Shown here: one piece after another, positions 10,368 through 20,520 of the stretch | Numbering within the stretch: the first letter of the stretch is position 1 | Layout of the letters: the number at the start of each line of letters is the position of its first letter | NCBI GenBank assembly: GCA_001563335.1 | Contig: LRSL01000055.1 | Span: 1 to 64,000 of the forward strand | Reading direction: 5' to 3' | DNA length: 64,000 bases | Source of the DNA: Candidatus Thorarchaeota archaeon SMTZ1-45 | GTDB taxonomy: Archaea; Asgardarchaeota; Thorarchaeia; Thorarchaeales; Thorarchaeaceae | Program-made: the position numbers and the translations under genes | The notes under the pieces: model-generated | Told to the model about the DNA's origin: nothing | What the model saw: only the letters and a program-made list of their open reading frames with translations | Databases searched by the model: none

Positions 10368-10709
10368 TTATCGGGTGCCCAAATACGATTTGATGTCATC
10401 CAAGACCTCTTTCTGAAGTCTGATTACATCATGGACTTCTATTTCCTCTGCATCTTTCACTACAGAGTTCAATTGGACCACTGTCCCAACTGCATCCACC
10501 TTTGAGAAATCAACAGGGAATTCCACTTCGGCGCCTTTCACAATAAGCTCTGAACGTGTTGGATTTAGGGCAATTCTGATGCTTCTTACAATACCAATTC
10601 GCCTAGCTCTATTGTCCAAGACTTCCTTTCCCAACAGTCGTCCGGGCATACTGAGTTCATATAGCTCTGCTTCGACACTGGGCATGGTTTCCTTAGTCGT
10701 TGTGGTCAT
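10368..10709 (-). CDS. PRC-barrel domain protein
   Basis: LLGKEVLDNRARRIGIV and V.FSKV.AVG.VV.L PRC-barrel pattern. Confidence 0.7.
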   Translation of the reverse strand: MTTTTKETMPSVEAELYELSMPGRLLGKEVLDNRARRIGIVRSIRIALNPTRSELIVKGAEVEFPVDFSKVDAVGTVVQLNSVVKDAEEIEVHDVIRLQKEVLDDIKSYLGTR

Positions 10710-10811
10710 TTCAATTTGGCTCCTTGCTCTATTACTTCTGTTTGTAGGAGGCTTTTTACAGTGAGTATTATCACTGATAGGTGGAAATTATACATTATCT
10801 ACGAGGCTTTG

Positions 10812-13118
10812 ATGTTGGCCAAGGCAGAGTCCTATGTGAATGAACCAATGGTACGAAAGAGTAGTATCGAATATAGAGCGTATCAGGTCAATCTCGCTGA
10901 GGTCGCAACCAAAGAAAGCACAATGATTGTTCTGAGTACTGGTCTAGGTAAGACTGTGATTGCTGCGCTCGTTGCAGCAAAGCGCTTAGTGCAATATCCA
11001 GAATCTAAGATTCTCTTCCTAGCTCCATCAAGACCTTTGGTCGACCAACAAGCGCGCTATCTCAGAAGAGTACTAGACCTTGATGAGAACTTAATCGTCT
11101 GTTTGACAGGACATGATTCACCAGAACAAAGACGGGAAATCTGGAAGGCGGCTTGTGTGGTTGTCATGACACCACAGGCTCTACAAAACGATCTTGTCCA
11201 GAGAAGCTATAGCCTAGAGGATGTAACGCTAATTGTATTTGATGAAGCCCATCGCGGTGTTGGTAACTATGCATATACCTTCGTTGCAGAACTCTATGAG
11301 AAACAGGGAATCAACAGAAGGAGTCTTGGACTAACTGCATCTCCTGGCCATCAGGCTGAACACATCAGAATGGTCTGTGAGAACCTCAGACTTTCACATG
11401 TTGAGGTTAGAGATGAGAAGAGTCGAGACGTACGTGATTATATTGTATCAATAGATTCTGAGATGCGATTTATCACAATACCTCCGGAGATTGAGGTCTT
11501 GAGGGATATCCTCTACTCAATCATTGATGTATATAGAACTCCAATAATCAACCAAGGCTTCAATCTTCCAGATGCACGACGAATGACTCGAAAAGAGATC
11601 TTGAAAACTCAGAAAGTGGTCCGAAAAGAGATAGGCTCATACACAAAACCACCTCGAGCACTGTATCTCGTCATTCGAAATCTCACAGCGCTACTTCGAG
11701 TTGTACATCTCTTGGAGTTTGTTGGAACGCAGGGTCTGATGCCAACTCATAGGTATATTCAAGGTGTCTACGAAGAAATTCGCAACAAGAAAAGCTCGAA
11801 AGGTGTCAAAGATCTAGTTTCAAGGTCAGAGTTCAAACAGTTTGAGAGCTTGCTTGGAGCTCTAATTGATAAAGGACTCACCCATCCTAAGGCAGATGCC
11901 ATACTAGAGATTGTAAGCGAGCAGCTTTCTGTTAATCTAGATTCTCGGATTTTGATATTCACGCGTTTTCGGGATACAGCAGTCGAAGTGAGTGAAACTC
12001 TAGAGCAGTTGGAGGAGGCACGAGTCAGTCGTTTTGTGGGACAGAGCTCTCGTGGCTTAGACAAGGGGTTTAGTCAGAAAAAACAGGTCGAGATTCTTGA
12101 TGGATTTCGGAATAATGAGTTCAATGTCTTAGTTGCCACACAAGTTGGTGAGGAAGGTCTTGACATTCCTGAGTGCAATTTGGTAGTGTTCTATGACTGC
12201 GTGCCATCTGTTGTACCGTATATACAACGTCGTGGTAGAACAGGACGTCATTCCCCTGGACGTGTAGTGATCTTTGTGGCAAAAGGAACTCATGATGAGT
12301 TCTACCATTGGAGTGTGATTAGTAAATTGAAGAAGATGCCATCAGCTCTGAAGGAAACAGAGAAAGAAGAGGAGGAAAAGCAGACAAGCCTTGACGAGTT
12401 TGTCAGTGAGGATGATGAGCAAGTTTTAGAACGCATGATAAGCAAAGCTCCTAAGAGGCAAGATGACCGAATTCGACTCATTGTCGATTCCCGAGAACTT
12501 CCAACAGCTGTTGCACGTGAGCTTGCCAGACTTGATGTTGAGATATCTGGAGAGAGTCTTGAGATTGGTGACTATGTGGCTTCTGAGGATGTAGCAATCG
12601 AGCGTAAAGAAACTGGCGATTTCATTCAGTCACTTATTGATGGTCGACTCTTTGTCCAGTTGTCTGCTCTACGTTCAGCGTATCGTCGTCCGGTTCTCAT
12701 AATTGAAGGAGAGCAAATCATCGGATTGCGAGCTGTAAATCCAACATCGATTTACGGGGCGCTTGCATCAATTGCCATCAGGATTCAAGTTCCAATACTT
12801 TGGACTCGAAACGCTGAAGAAACAGCTAACGTTCTCTATAGGATTGCACACCTTGAACAGAGTGAGTCCAAGAAGCCTCTTAGAACGCGATCAGGTGAGA
12901 TAAGAGGAACCGACGCGGAAGCGCTCGAATATATTCTATCTGGTTTCCCGGGTATAGACACAGTTACCTCCAGAGCAATCCTATCAGAGTTTGGCACCTT
13001 GGAGAAGATTTTCACAGTGGAGCAGAAAGAACTACAAAAAGTGAAAGGTGTTGGACCTAAGATTGCAGGACGTATAAGACGTCTATTGACTACAAGATAC
13101 CCAGGCTCAAAAAGCTAG
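10812..13118 (+). CDS. hef: Hef helicase-nuclease (FANCM/XPF homologue)
   Basis: EYRAYQ, TGLGKT, DEAH, TAS, QRRGRTGR; ERCC4 nuclease VDSRE..GDY..ERK..D; HhH pair. Start moved to ATG 10812. Confidence 0.95.
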   Translation: MLAKAESYVNEPMVRKSSIEYRAYQVNLAEVATKESTMIVLSTGLGKTVIAALVAAKRLVQYPESKILFLAPSRPLVDQQARYLRRVLDLDENLIVCLTGHDSPEQRREIWKAACVVVMTPQALQNDLVQRSYSLEDVTLIVFDEAHRGVGNYAYTFVAELYEKQGINRRSLGLTASPGHQAEHIRMVCENLRLSHVEVRDEKSRDVRDYIVSIDSEMRFITIPPEIEVLRDILYSIIDVYRTPIINQGFNLPDARRMTRKEILKTQKVVRKEIGSYTKPPRALYLVIRNLTALLRVVHLLEFVGTQGLMPTHRYIQGVYEEIRNKKSSKGVKDLVSRSEFKQFESLLGALIDKGLTHPKADAILEIVSEQLSVNLDSRILIFTRFRDTAVEVSETLEQLEEARVSRFVGQSSRGLDKGFSQKKQVEILDGFRNNEFNVLVATQVGEEGLDIPECNLVVFYDCVPSVVPYIQRRGRTGRHSPGRVVIFVAKGTHDEFYHWSVISKLKKMPSALKETEKEEEEKQTSLDEFVSEDDEQVLERMISKAPKRQDDRIRLIVDSRELPTAVARELARLDVEISGESLEIGDYVASEDVAIERKETGDFIQSLIDGRLFVQLSALRSAYRRPVLIIEGEQIIGLRAVNPTSIYGALASIAIRIQVPILWTRNAEETANVLYRIAHLEQSESKKPLRTRSGEIRGTDAEALEYILSGFPGIDTVTSRAILSEFGTLEKIFTVEQKELQKVKGVGPKIAGRIRRLLTTRYPGSKS

Positions 13119-13801
13119 TATACACGAGGATTCTTGCCTTTTCCTCGCTCATAGGCCTCGCGTAGGACATCTGTGATCTTCCTACTGATTTCCCAATAAT
13201 CTAGGTAATCGTTTTGTTCAAGTCGGACGAGACTGAGAATACTACGGAACAACATATACAATTTAGGGTCAATCTCACAGATCTCGCCGAGGCTTTCCTT
13301 GGCAAACTGTAGCCCTCTTAGGTAAATCTTGTCTCGTTTTGTCATAGCCTCAGCTATTTCTTTCATCTCTTGTTTATCCTTTAGCTCGAAACCCAATTGT
13401 TTCATCGTACCTATGATGTCAAGTGTCCGATCCAGTTCAGACTCAGCTTGATCAGGCAGTTCATCCATATCCCCAGTGGCTATGAAGACGTTCTCAGCAG
13501 TTGCCCTCCAGAGCTTCTGCATGATATGACTATCACCATTTCCTGCTGGTTCGTAGCCATCTTGCTCCACCAAGCCACACTTCTCGAGCTCTTTGATGTG
13601 ATATCTTACGGTTTGAGGTTTGATTTCCTTTTCAGGATCTTGTTTTGATAGAAAATCGATGAGTTCTGTAGTAGACATTCGTCGGGCTCTCAAGGCATGA
13701 AGTATCTGTCTACGACTTTCGTCACTTAGGACTTTGTACGCATCGATTGCTTCTTCACCAGTCAGGACCCGTATCGTGTCGATTGGTTTCGCCCCCTGCA
13801 T
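13115..13801 (-). CDS. ArsR-like winged-helix transcription regulator
   Basis: LSDESRRQIL.AL...TVRYHIKELEKCGLVE. Confidence 0.8.
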   Translation of the reverse strand: MQGAKPIDTIRVLTGEEAIDAYKVLSDESRRQILHALRARRMSTTELIDFLSKQDPEKEIKPQTVRYHIKELEKCGLVEQDGYEPAGNGDSHIMQKLWRATAENVFIATGDMDELPDQAESELDRTLDIIGTMKQLGFELKDKQEMKEIAEAMTKRDKIYLRGLQFAKESLGEICEIDPKLYMLFRSILSLVRLEQNDYLDYWEISRKITDVLREAYERGKGKNPRVY

Positions 13802-13867
13802 CAGAATTCAACCTTACCTCAAACTATAAGCTTTGAGAAATGTACAAAGTCATATTTTACACGACAG

Positions 13868-13890
13868 CTAATAGCCCACAGGGCTACTAG
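13868..13890 (-). terminator. Hairpin downstream of small HTH gene
   Basis: Minus strand CTAGTAGCCC-TGT-GGGCTATTAG, 10-bp stem with one G-U pair; no clear U tract. Confidence 0.35.
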
Positions 13891-13908
13891 TGTCGGAATT
13901 CCATTGGT

Positions 13909-14172
13909 TTATGCAGGCACGTAGATCCATTGCCGCATGTCCTGCAGGCATGGTACGCGCTTGATTAGTTTCTTCTTCAAGAGTTTTCTAAGAGCATATC
14001 TGACAGTTCGAGGTGCGAAAGACACTTTGTCCAAGAGTTGCTTTGGTGTAACGCCACCCTTACCGCTACTCCTGAGAATATCTAGGACTATCATCTGACT
14101 CTTAGTGAGCTTCATGTTCTTGAGCTCTTCTTGGAGTTGTTGATCACTCATCATTTTTGAATACCTTCCCAT
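13909..14172 (-). CDS. Small MarR-like winged-helix protein
   Basis: LTKSQ.IVL.IL...RTVRYALRKL.KKKLI.RVP.L.D.RQ..Y. Confidence 0.8.
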   Translation of the reverse strand: MGRYSKMMSDQQLQEELKNMKLTKSQMIVLDILRSSGKGGVTPKQLLDKVSFAPRTVRYALRKLLKKKLIKRVPCLQDMRQWIYVPA

Positions 14173-14301
14173 TGTAATTTGTCAATTTTGTGAGGTTTTC
14201 TAATAGAAATTGCCTCAATCAACTAAATATTTGACCAACAAAGTTACTTATTAACTTATCGCCGTGTGGAGTAGTATGTCGCGGTGTGTGACTGCGAATA
14301 C

Positions 14302-14314
14302 TTAACATTGTTAA
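14302..14314. promoter_or_regulatory. Palindromic operator candidate TTAACA-T-TGTTAA
   Basis: Perfect inverted repeat in the divergent intergenic region between the two HTH genes and glmU. Confidence 0.35.
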
Positions 14315-14413
14315 TATCATTATTTGAAAGAAACGATCAAAGGCTTACTGGATGTATTTATCTAATTGCGGGAAAGTCTATAACTCCGAAGAACATGAGC
14401 TAGATGACCAGCA

Positions 14414-15691
14414 ATGAAAAAAGCCGTCATACTTGCAGCAGGTGACTCAACAAGATTGTTGCCGCTATCAGCCAACCAACCCAAACATGTTCTTCCTATT
14501 GCTGGGAAACCTTTAATCTTTCACACATTGGAAGCACTGGAAAAGGCAGGGATCAGAGAAACACTTGTAGTCTATGGATATCAAGCAAGTAAGCTTCGAG
14601 AAGCTGTAGAAACACGTGCCTGGAAGATGAAGATTTCATTTGTAGATCAAAAAGAACGAAAGGGAACTGCTCACGCTGCAGGATATGCCAAGAAGTTTGT
14701 AGGAAAGAGTAATGCAATTTTGATGTATGGTGATGTTATGGTTGGTCCTAATACCTTTGAGGGTCTTATTGAGCGTCATAAGAAGAGAAAGTTTGACTTG
14801 ACACTCTCAGTTAAACCAATTGAGAATCCAAGTGCATATGGAGTTGTTAAAGTACAAAGAGGCAAAGCCAAAGCTCTCATTGAAAAGCCTGAGCCAGAAC
14901 AAATGGTTAGCGATCTTGTGAATGCAGGAATCTATGCAATCAGCTACCCAATATGGGAAGCAATAGAGAAGACTGAACTCTCCCCAAGAGGAGAATATGA
15001 GATAACCGATTCAATATCTATGCTGATAGAGAAAGGTAATGTTGGGGCTTATTCATTACCATCTTGGTGGCTGGATATTGGAAAGCCCTGGGATTTGCTT
15101 GAAGCAAACAGGCTGTGTCTTGAGCAGTTGGAAAGACGTGTTGAAGGCACAGTAGAAGATGGGGCCACTGTGAAGGGCAAGGTCATTGTAGAAGAAGGCA
15201 CCCTGATGAAGAGTGGTGCATATATTGAGGGTCCAGTTTTCATAGATGGGGAATCTGTCATTGGGCCGAACTGCTATATTCGACCACATACATCTCTTGG
15301 AAAGAGAGTCAAGATTGGAAATGCTGTAGAGATTAAGAACTCAATCATAATGAATGACACTAATGTTGGACACCTCTCATATGTCGGTGATTCTATAATT
15401 GGTCAACGATCAAACTTTGGTGCAGGAACCATCACAGCTAACCTTCGTCATGATAACGAGACCATCTTTGCGACTGTAAAAGGTGAGCGTATAAACTCTG
15501 GGAGACGAAAACTTGGAGCTATCATCGGTGATGACGTAAAAACTGGTATTGGAACATCGATAAGTCCTGGGGTGGTGCTTCATCAGGGCTCTCAGACGGG
15601 AGTTGGTGTTATCGTCAAACGGGACATTGCACCGTATAAACTAGTTACTGTAAAACAGGACCAATCTATAATGGATGTAGAACGCCGATAG
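14414..15691 (+). CDS. glmU: Bifunctional sugar-1-phosphate nucleotidyltransferase/acetyltransferase (archaeal GlmU-like)
   Basis: AVILAAG..TRL.PL...PK, EKP, hexapeptide repeats, HLSYVGDS, GAGTITAN.R. Confidence 0.92.
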   Translation: MKKAVILAAGDSTRLLPLSANQPKHVLPIAGKPLIFHTLEALEKAGIRETLVVYGYQASKLREAVETRAWKMKISFVDQKERKGTAHAAGYAKKFVGKSNAILMYGDVMVGPNTFEGLIERHKKRKFDLTLSVKPIENPSAYGVVKVQRGKAKALIEKPEPEQMVSDLVNAGIYAISYPIWEAIEKTELSPRGEYEITDSISMLIEKGNVGAYSLPSWWLDIGKPWDLLEANRLCLEQLERRVEGTVEDGATVKGKVIVEEGTLMKSGAYIEGPVFIDGESVIGPNCYIRPHTSLGKRVKIGNAVEIKNSIIMNDTNVGHLSYVGDSIIGQRSNFGAGTITANLRHDNETIFATVKGERINSGRRKLGAIIGDDVKTGIGTSISPGVVLHQGSQTGVGVIVKRDIAPYKLVTVKQDQSIMDVERR

Positions 15692-15705
15692 AGAGGAGTG
15701 ATGCT

Positions 15706-17232
15706 TTGTCATCCAATAAACTGAAAGAGTTCAACACAGTAGTAAAGGACTCAAGCAGTGTCAATGTTCTCTTCGGGTACTGTTATCCATCCACATACAG
15801 AGCAGGAATGACTGGACTTGCATTGCATATCTTTTATGCGATTTTAAACTCAAGAGAGGACACCTCATGCGAGAGATACTTCCGATATGATACTCCATCT
15901 CCAGCTCTTTCAGTAGATAGTCAGAGACCTCTGAAACATAATCACATTATTGGATTTTCACTTACTTATGAAGAGGACATAGTCAATCTAGTACAGATGC
16001 TCGACTCAGGTGATGTGCCAGTTCTTTCTGAGAAAAGAACCGAAGATGACCCTTTGGTCATTGTTGGAGGACCAGTCATCACTGCAAACCCTGAGCCCTT
16101 TGTTGATTTTGTAGATGCATTTGTAATTGGGGAAGGAGATGCAATAATTCATGATATTGTAGATGCAGTTGCATCTGGAAGTTCACGGAAAGAGGTATTG
16201 GCGCAATTTGCGGAACTCAACGGCGTATATGTTCCAACGATTCCAAGATTGAATATTGATAGGAATATCATTCTTGACCTTGATTCACTCGAGTATCCCA
16301 TTTCTCAGATTGTTCCCGATGTTCCAGAGGATTCAAGACTTGAGCCTGTTTTCGGAAAGTCGTTTCTTCTTGAGGTGACTAGAGGTTGTGGTCACTCTTG
16401 TCGATTTTGTCTCATTGGTCATGTATGTCAACCAAGAAGAACTAGAAGTCTTGACAGACTGAAATATCTAGTCAATATGGGGATAGAAAATACACCCGTA
16501 GGTAAAGTATCCATGATAGGATCTTCTCTTGGAGACCTTGATGGATTGGAAAGCCTTGTTTGTTGGACCGTAGACCAAGGCCTTGGAGTTTCTGTACCAT
16601 CATTACGTGCAGACTCTGTGAGTGAACCACTCTTGGAGTGTTTGGTTAAGAGCGGACAACGAACACTAACAATTGCTCCGGAAACGGGATCACAAGATCT
16701 GCGAAAATCGATTGGAAAAGGATTACAGAACTCTGACATCGAGAATGCTGTGGAAGTGGCAGCACGATCTGGTTACAACGCACTGAAGCTCTATTTCATA
16801 ATTGGACTTCCAGGGGAGACTGATGATGATATTAAGGCCTCTGTAGACATGATTATCAACTTAGCAAAAGCCTCTAGTTTGAAGGTCACAGCCAATATCA
16901 ATCCCTTCATTCCTAAGGCGCAAACTAGATGGGAAAGGGAACCCCAACCACCAATAGAAGAACTACGTCGAAAGTTGAAGCTGATTGAAAGAGGTGTGAA
17001 AGGGAGAGTAAAAGTAACGATTGAATCACTGGACCCAAGAAATGCAAGGATACAGGCGGCGCTTTCAATTGGAGACCGGTCATTAGGCAGGGTGATTCGG
17101 AATGCAGCTACCTATGGAGGATATGGAGGGTGGCGGCGGGCTGAGAAAGAAACTGGAATCCCGTTCTTTTCATTAGCAAATGATGCAGAAAGACTACAAA
17201 ATGAGTTGCCTTGGTCCTTTTTGCGCAAATGA
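15706..17232 (+). CDS. Radical SAM protein (B12-binding-like N-domain)
   Basis: EVTRGCGHSCRFC (CxxxCxxC), NPEP..F.DAF.IGEG, TIAPETG, LKLYFIIGLPGE. Confidence 0.88.
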   Translation: MSSNKLKEFNTVVKDSSSVNVLFGYCYPSTYRAGMTGLALHIFYAILNSREDTSCERYFRYDTPSPALSVDSQRPLKHNHIIGFSLTYEEDIVNLVQMLDSGDVPVLSEKRTEDDPLVIVGGPVITANPEPFVDFVDAFVIGEGDAIIHDIVDAVASGSSRKEVLAQFAELNGVYVPTIPRLNIDRNIILDLDSLEYPISQIVPDVPEDSRLEPVFGKSFLLEVTRGCGHSCRFCLIGHVCQPRRTRSLDRLKYLVNMGIENTPVGKVSMIGSSLGDLDGLESLVCWTVDQGLGVSVPSLRADSVSEPLLECLVKSGQRTLTIAPETGSQDLRKSIGKGLQNSDIENAVEVAARSGYNALKLYFIIGLPGETDDDIKASVDMIINLAKASSLKVTANINPFIPKAQTRWEREPQPPIEELRRKLKLIERGVKGRVKVTIESLDPRNARIQAALSIGDRSLGRVIRNAATYGGYGGWRRAEKETGIPFFSLANDAERLQNELPWSFLRK

Positions 17233-17340
17233 TGATTGAAAAACTAGCGCCATCTTGACAAAGCTCATAAGTCAATTCTCAGAAGTCTCTCTTGAGATAC
17301 ACTATGCCCTGTACGGGTCATGGTTGTCTGGTGACGATAC

Positions 17341-17685
17341 ATGTCTGAAGATGGTGAATTTCGGGAAACATTTCCCGCTCTCAGTAAGGAGCTTGAAGAG
17401 AAAACCACAAAGACATTGAAGATAGATGGTGTCCGGACAATGGCGGAGGAAACAGGTCCCAAGGGAGGCACAGAAACATTCACACCGGATGTGGTGGATT
17501 ATATTCGACGATGTGACACAGTGTCGCAGGCTCTTGAGATCGTTGATTATCTTATGAGAAGAAACGAGATTAGTCCATCGCAAGCTAGGGAGATAAAGGG
17601 TCAATTGAAGACTGATGGTCTTAGGAGCTTTGGCTCAAAGAAGGAAAAAGACCACTACCTCCACCACGGAATTGGTGAGGAATAG
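17341..17685 (+). CDS. DUF2095-family conserved archaeal protein
   Basis: FP.L.KEL..P.VVDYIRRCDT..ALEIVDYL..R.EI..GLRSFG..K. Confidence 0.75.
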   Translation: MSEDGEFRETFPALSKELEEKTTKTLKIDGVRTMAEETGPKGGTETFTPDVVDYIRRCDTVSQALEIVDYLMRRNEISPSQAREIKGQLKTDGLRSFGSKKEKDHYLHHGIGEE

Positions 17686-17875
17686 AACAGAATAGCCTTA
17701 AAATGTGGCTAAGACTTTCATGAGTTTTACATGCTTAGTAGAGCCTACTAGGTAACTAAGATACACATAGAGCAATTCTTTCATACAACTTTGTACGAGG
17801 AGGAGAGGGTTTGAGAAAGCAAAGCTAAGTAGAACGCGTGCAAAGACTGTTAGTGAGTCTGGATACGGACTTCAC

Positions 17876-19276
17876 TTAGCTTGGTTTGTAAACACCCTTG
17901 TCACGAGCCCACGAGATCGTTTCTGGGTCGCAACGCTTGAGTTCACGTTCTGGGAAGTCACTCAGGAGGTTCCACCCAATATCAAGAGTCTGCTCAAATG
18001 AACGGTCTTCAAACTCACCTTGGTTGATGAATTCAGTCTCAAATTTATCTGCAAACTTGAGATACTTCTGATCGCGGTCTGTCAAAGCCTCTGATCCTAC
18101 GACTGCAACAAGGTCTCTGAGGTCACGACCTTCAGAGTAAGCATAGTACAGTTGTGCCTGTATTTCCTTGTGATCAAATCGTGTCATTCCTTCACCTATT
18201 CCTTCTTTCATCAATCTGCTCAGTGATGGGCCAGGATCGATTGGTGGAAATATACCTCGTCTGTGTAGTCCTCTTCCAACGATAATCTGGCCTTCAGTGA
18301 TGTAACCAGTGAGGTCTGGGATAGGATGAGTCATATCATCCTGTGGCATGGATAGAATCGGCATCTGAGTGATTGTACCATTTCGCCCATGAATACGACC
18401 AGCTCGTTCATAGATAAGACTGAGATCTGTGTAGAGATAACCAGGATACCCGCGTCGTCCAGGCACCTCAGACCTGGCTGCACTGATCTCTCGAAGAGCC
18501 TCAGCATAGTTAGTCATATCGGTCAGGATTACAAGTACGTGCATATCAGCAGTGTAGGCTAAATACTCAGCAGCTGTGAGCGCCGCTCGTGGAGTGATGA
18601 TACGTTCAATTGCTGGATCATTCGCCAAGTTCAGAAAGAGTGTAGTGTGTTCGAGTGCACCTGTTTCTTCAAAGGACTGCATGAAATATTGTGCCTCAGT
18701 GGCTGTGATACCCATCGCTGCAAACACAATAGCAAAATCACCTTCCTCACCAGGAATCTCTGCTTGTCTTACAATCTGCGCAGCAAGTCTATTATGAGGG
18801 AGTCCGGATCCAGAGAAGATTGGTAGTTTCTGCCCACGGACAAGTGTGTTGAGTCCATCAATCGCAGATACACCAGTTTGGATTGGCTGTCGTGGATATT
18901 GTCGTGCATATGGATTGATGGGTGACCCGTAAATATCCCAATGATCCTCAGCAGTGAGCCGGGGGCCTTTATCCAATGGGTTTCCAGCGCCATCAAGAAC
19001 CCTACCTAGAATCTCAGATGAAACAGGAAGCTTTAGTGTGTCACCTGTGAAACGTACAGCTGTAGTGTCTGTATCAAGTCCGCTTGTCCCTTCAAAGACT
19101 TGGATTACAGCACGGCCCTTTCCTGTTTCTAGAACAGTGCCTGTGAGTAACTCACCAGCGGGTGACCTGATTTTCACAACTTCATTGTATGACACATCGT
19201 GAGTGTTTTCGACGACAAGTAGCGGACCACTTACGTCAGAAACGGTTCTGTAGACGATTGAGGATTCTTTAGACAT
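17876..19276 (-). CDS. atpB: A/V-type ATP synthase subunit B
   Basis: [43 protein letters not shown]. Start moved to ATG 19276. Confidence 0.97.
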   Translation of the reverse strand: MSKESSIVYRTVSDVSGPLLVVENTHDVSYNEVVKIRSPAGELLTGTVLETGKGRAVIQVFEGTSGLDTDTTAVRFTGDTLKLPVSSEILGRVLDGAGNPLDKGPRLTAEDHWDIYGSPINPYARQYPRQPIQTGVSAIDGLNTLVRGQKLPIFSGSGLPHNRLAAQIVRQAEIPGEEGDFAIVFAAMGITATEAQYFMQSFEETGALEHTTLFLNLANDPAIERIITPRAALTAAEYLAYTADMHVLVILTDMTNYAEALREISAARSEVPGRRGYPGYLYTDLSLIYERAGRIHGRNGTITQMPILSMPQDDMTHPIPDLTGYITEGQIIVGRGLHRRGIFPPIDPGPSLSRLMKEGIGEGMTRFDHKEIQAQLYYAYSEGRDLRDLVAVVGSEALTDRDQKYLKFADKFETEFINQGEFEDRSFEQTLDIGWNLLSDFPERELKRCDPETISWARDKGVYKPS

Positions 19277-19353
19277 TATAGAAACCGCCTTTGTCATGTG
19301 TTCTGTGCTTCGATGTCGTAAAAGTAGCTGAGTTTTAAGAGTTGCGAAGTGCT

Positions 19354-19869
19354 CTACAGCCATGCGGCAACATGAAAGAAGGCAAGAATCGGAGCCAGCA
19401 ATAGGGCTCGAACAATTAGAGACTTGCCCTTTCCAGTCATATCATTTGCGCTGGGGGTGAAGTATAAGATAGCACCAGCAAGCAGACAGATTGCAACAAT
19501 AGCATCCCCTAGCCAGACCAGTATCGAGATTATCTCCGCATCAGTCATACCAAGGAGATGAAGCCAGGCGCTTGTTGCACTTTCAACTGTGATTGTTTCA
19601 ACTCCACTGAGCTGAGCGAGTAGATTTATGATAAGGGGCCCACCGAAGAAAAGAACTATGCCTGCTGCAACCAAGGATTTTGCTAGACCATCGCTAAGCC
19701 CAGTTGCATATATCATCATGCCAATCAGGATGAAAATTAGGTAACCACGAATTGCCAGTGCAAAAAGAGCATTGAGTATCTCGCCTAATGTGCTGAACCA
19801 AGTATCAGGCAGTGGTATATCAAATGGCGACTGTATCAATAGAAGCACTAGATTGCCCATGTGACTCAC
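19354..19869 (-). CDS. Four-TM membrane protein with two TrbC/VirB2-pilin-like hairpin repeats
   Basis: Two similar units: [26 protein letters not shown] and [25 protein letters not shown]. Confidence 0.6.
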   Translation of the reverse strand: MSHMGNLVLLLIQSPFDIPLPDTWFSTLGEILNALFALAIRGYLIFILIGMMIYATGLSDGLAKSLVAAGIVLFFGGPLIINLLAQLSGVETITVESATSAWLHLLGMTDAEIISILVWLGDAIVAICLLAGAILYFTPSANDMTGKGKSLIVRALLLAPILAFFHVAAWL

Positions 19870-19904
19870 AGAAGAGAGTTAGCATGATTGGATATAATGA
19901 CCAC

Positions 19905-20456
19905 TCAAACGAGCTCTTGTTTTAGAACTTGAAAATCTTCTCTCATTCGGTTTTTGACCTTAGGGAATCTGAGTGCAGCTGCTGGGTGGTAGGTCATGAA
20001 GTATTTTCTATCATCGATCTCATGGAACTGGCCATGTGCTTCTGAAACCTTCCGTGGACCGAGAAGTGAAGTGATTGCCACCCCTCCCAAGAGAACTACA
20101 ACTTTGGGATTGATTATCTCAATCTGCTGTTCAAGATATGGTCTGCACGTGTTGATTTCGGCCTGAGTAGGAGTCCGATTCCTTGGGGGTCTTGACTTTA
20201 AGATGGATGTTATGAAGACATTATCTCTTGAGAAACCTATCTCTTGAATCATTGACGTTAGGAATTCACCAGATCTTCCAACAAATGGACGACCAGTTTC
20301 ATCCTCACTCGCACCAGGAGCTTCACCTATAAACATCACTTCTGAGTCCACTGAGCCTTCCCCAGGAACTGCATTGATACGTGTCTTATGTAGAGGACAA
20401 AGTGTGCAATTTCTGATTACATCATGTAATGCTTCAAGCTGCTTTTTTCGTGTCAT
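19905..20456 (-). CDS. udg: Family 4 uracil-DNA glycosylase
   Basis: CTLCPL, FIGEAPG..ED.TGRPFVGRSG, RPP.NR.P, TYHPAA. Confidence 0.95.
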   Translation of the reverse strand: MTRKKQLEALHDVIRNCTLCPLHKTRINAVPGEGSVDSEVMFIGEAPGASEDETGRPFVGRSGEFLTSMIQEIGFSRDNVFITSILKSRPPRNRTPTQAEINTCRPYLEQQIEIINPKVVVLLGGVAITSLLGPRKVSEAHGQFHEIDDRKYFMTYHPAAALRFPKVKNRMREDFQVLKQELV

Positions 20457-20520
20457 GTCTAGTTACTATATCACAATCTTAGCGATAAAAGCCACGAATT
20501 TCCAGATTACCGCTCACATA

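Noticed and set aside
17730-17760. Short hairpin TAGTAG-AGC-CTACTA between convergent genes
   Set aside because: Too short and AT-rich to distinguish from chance.
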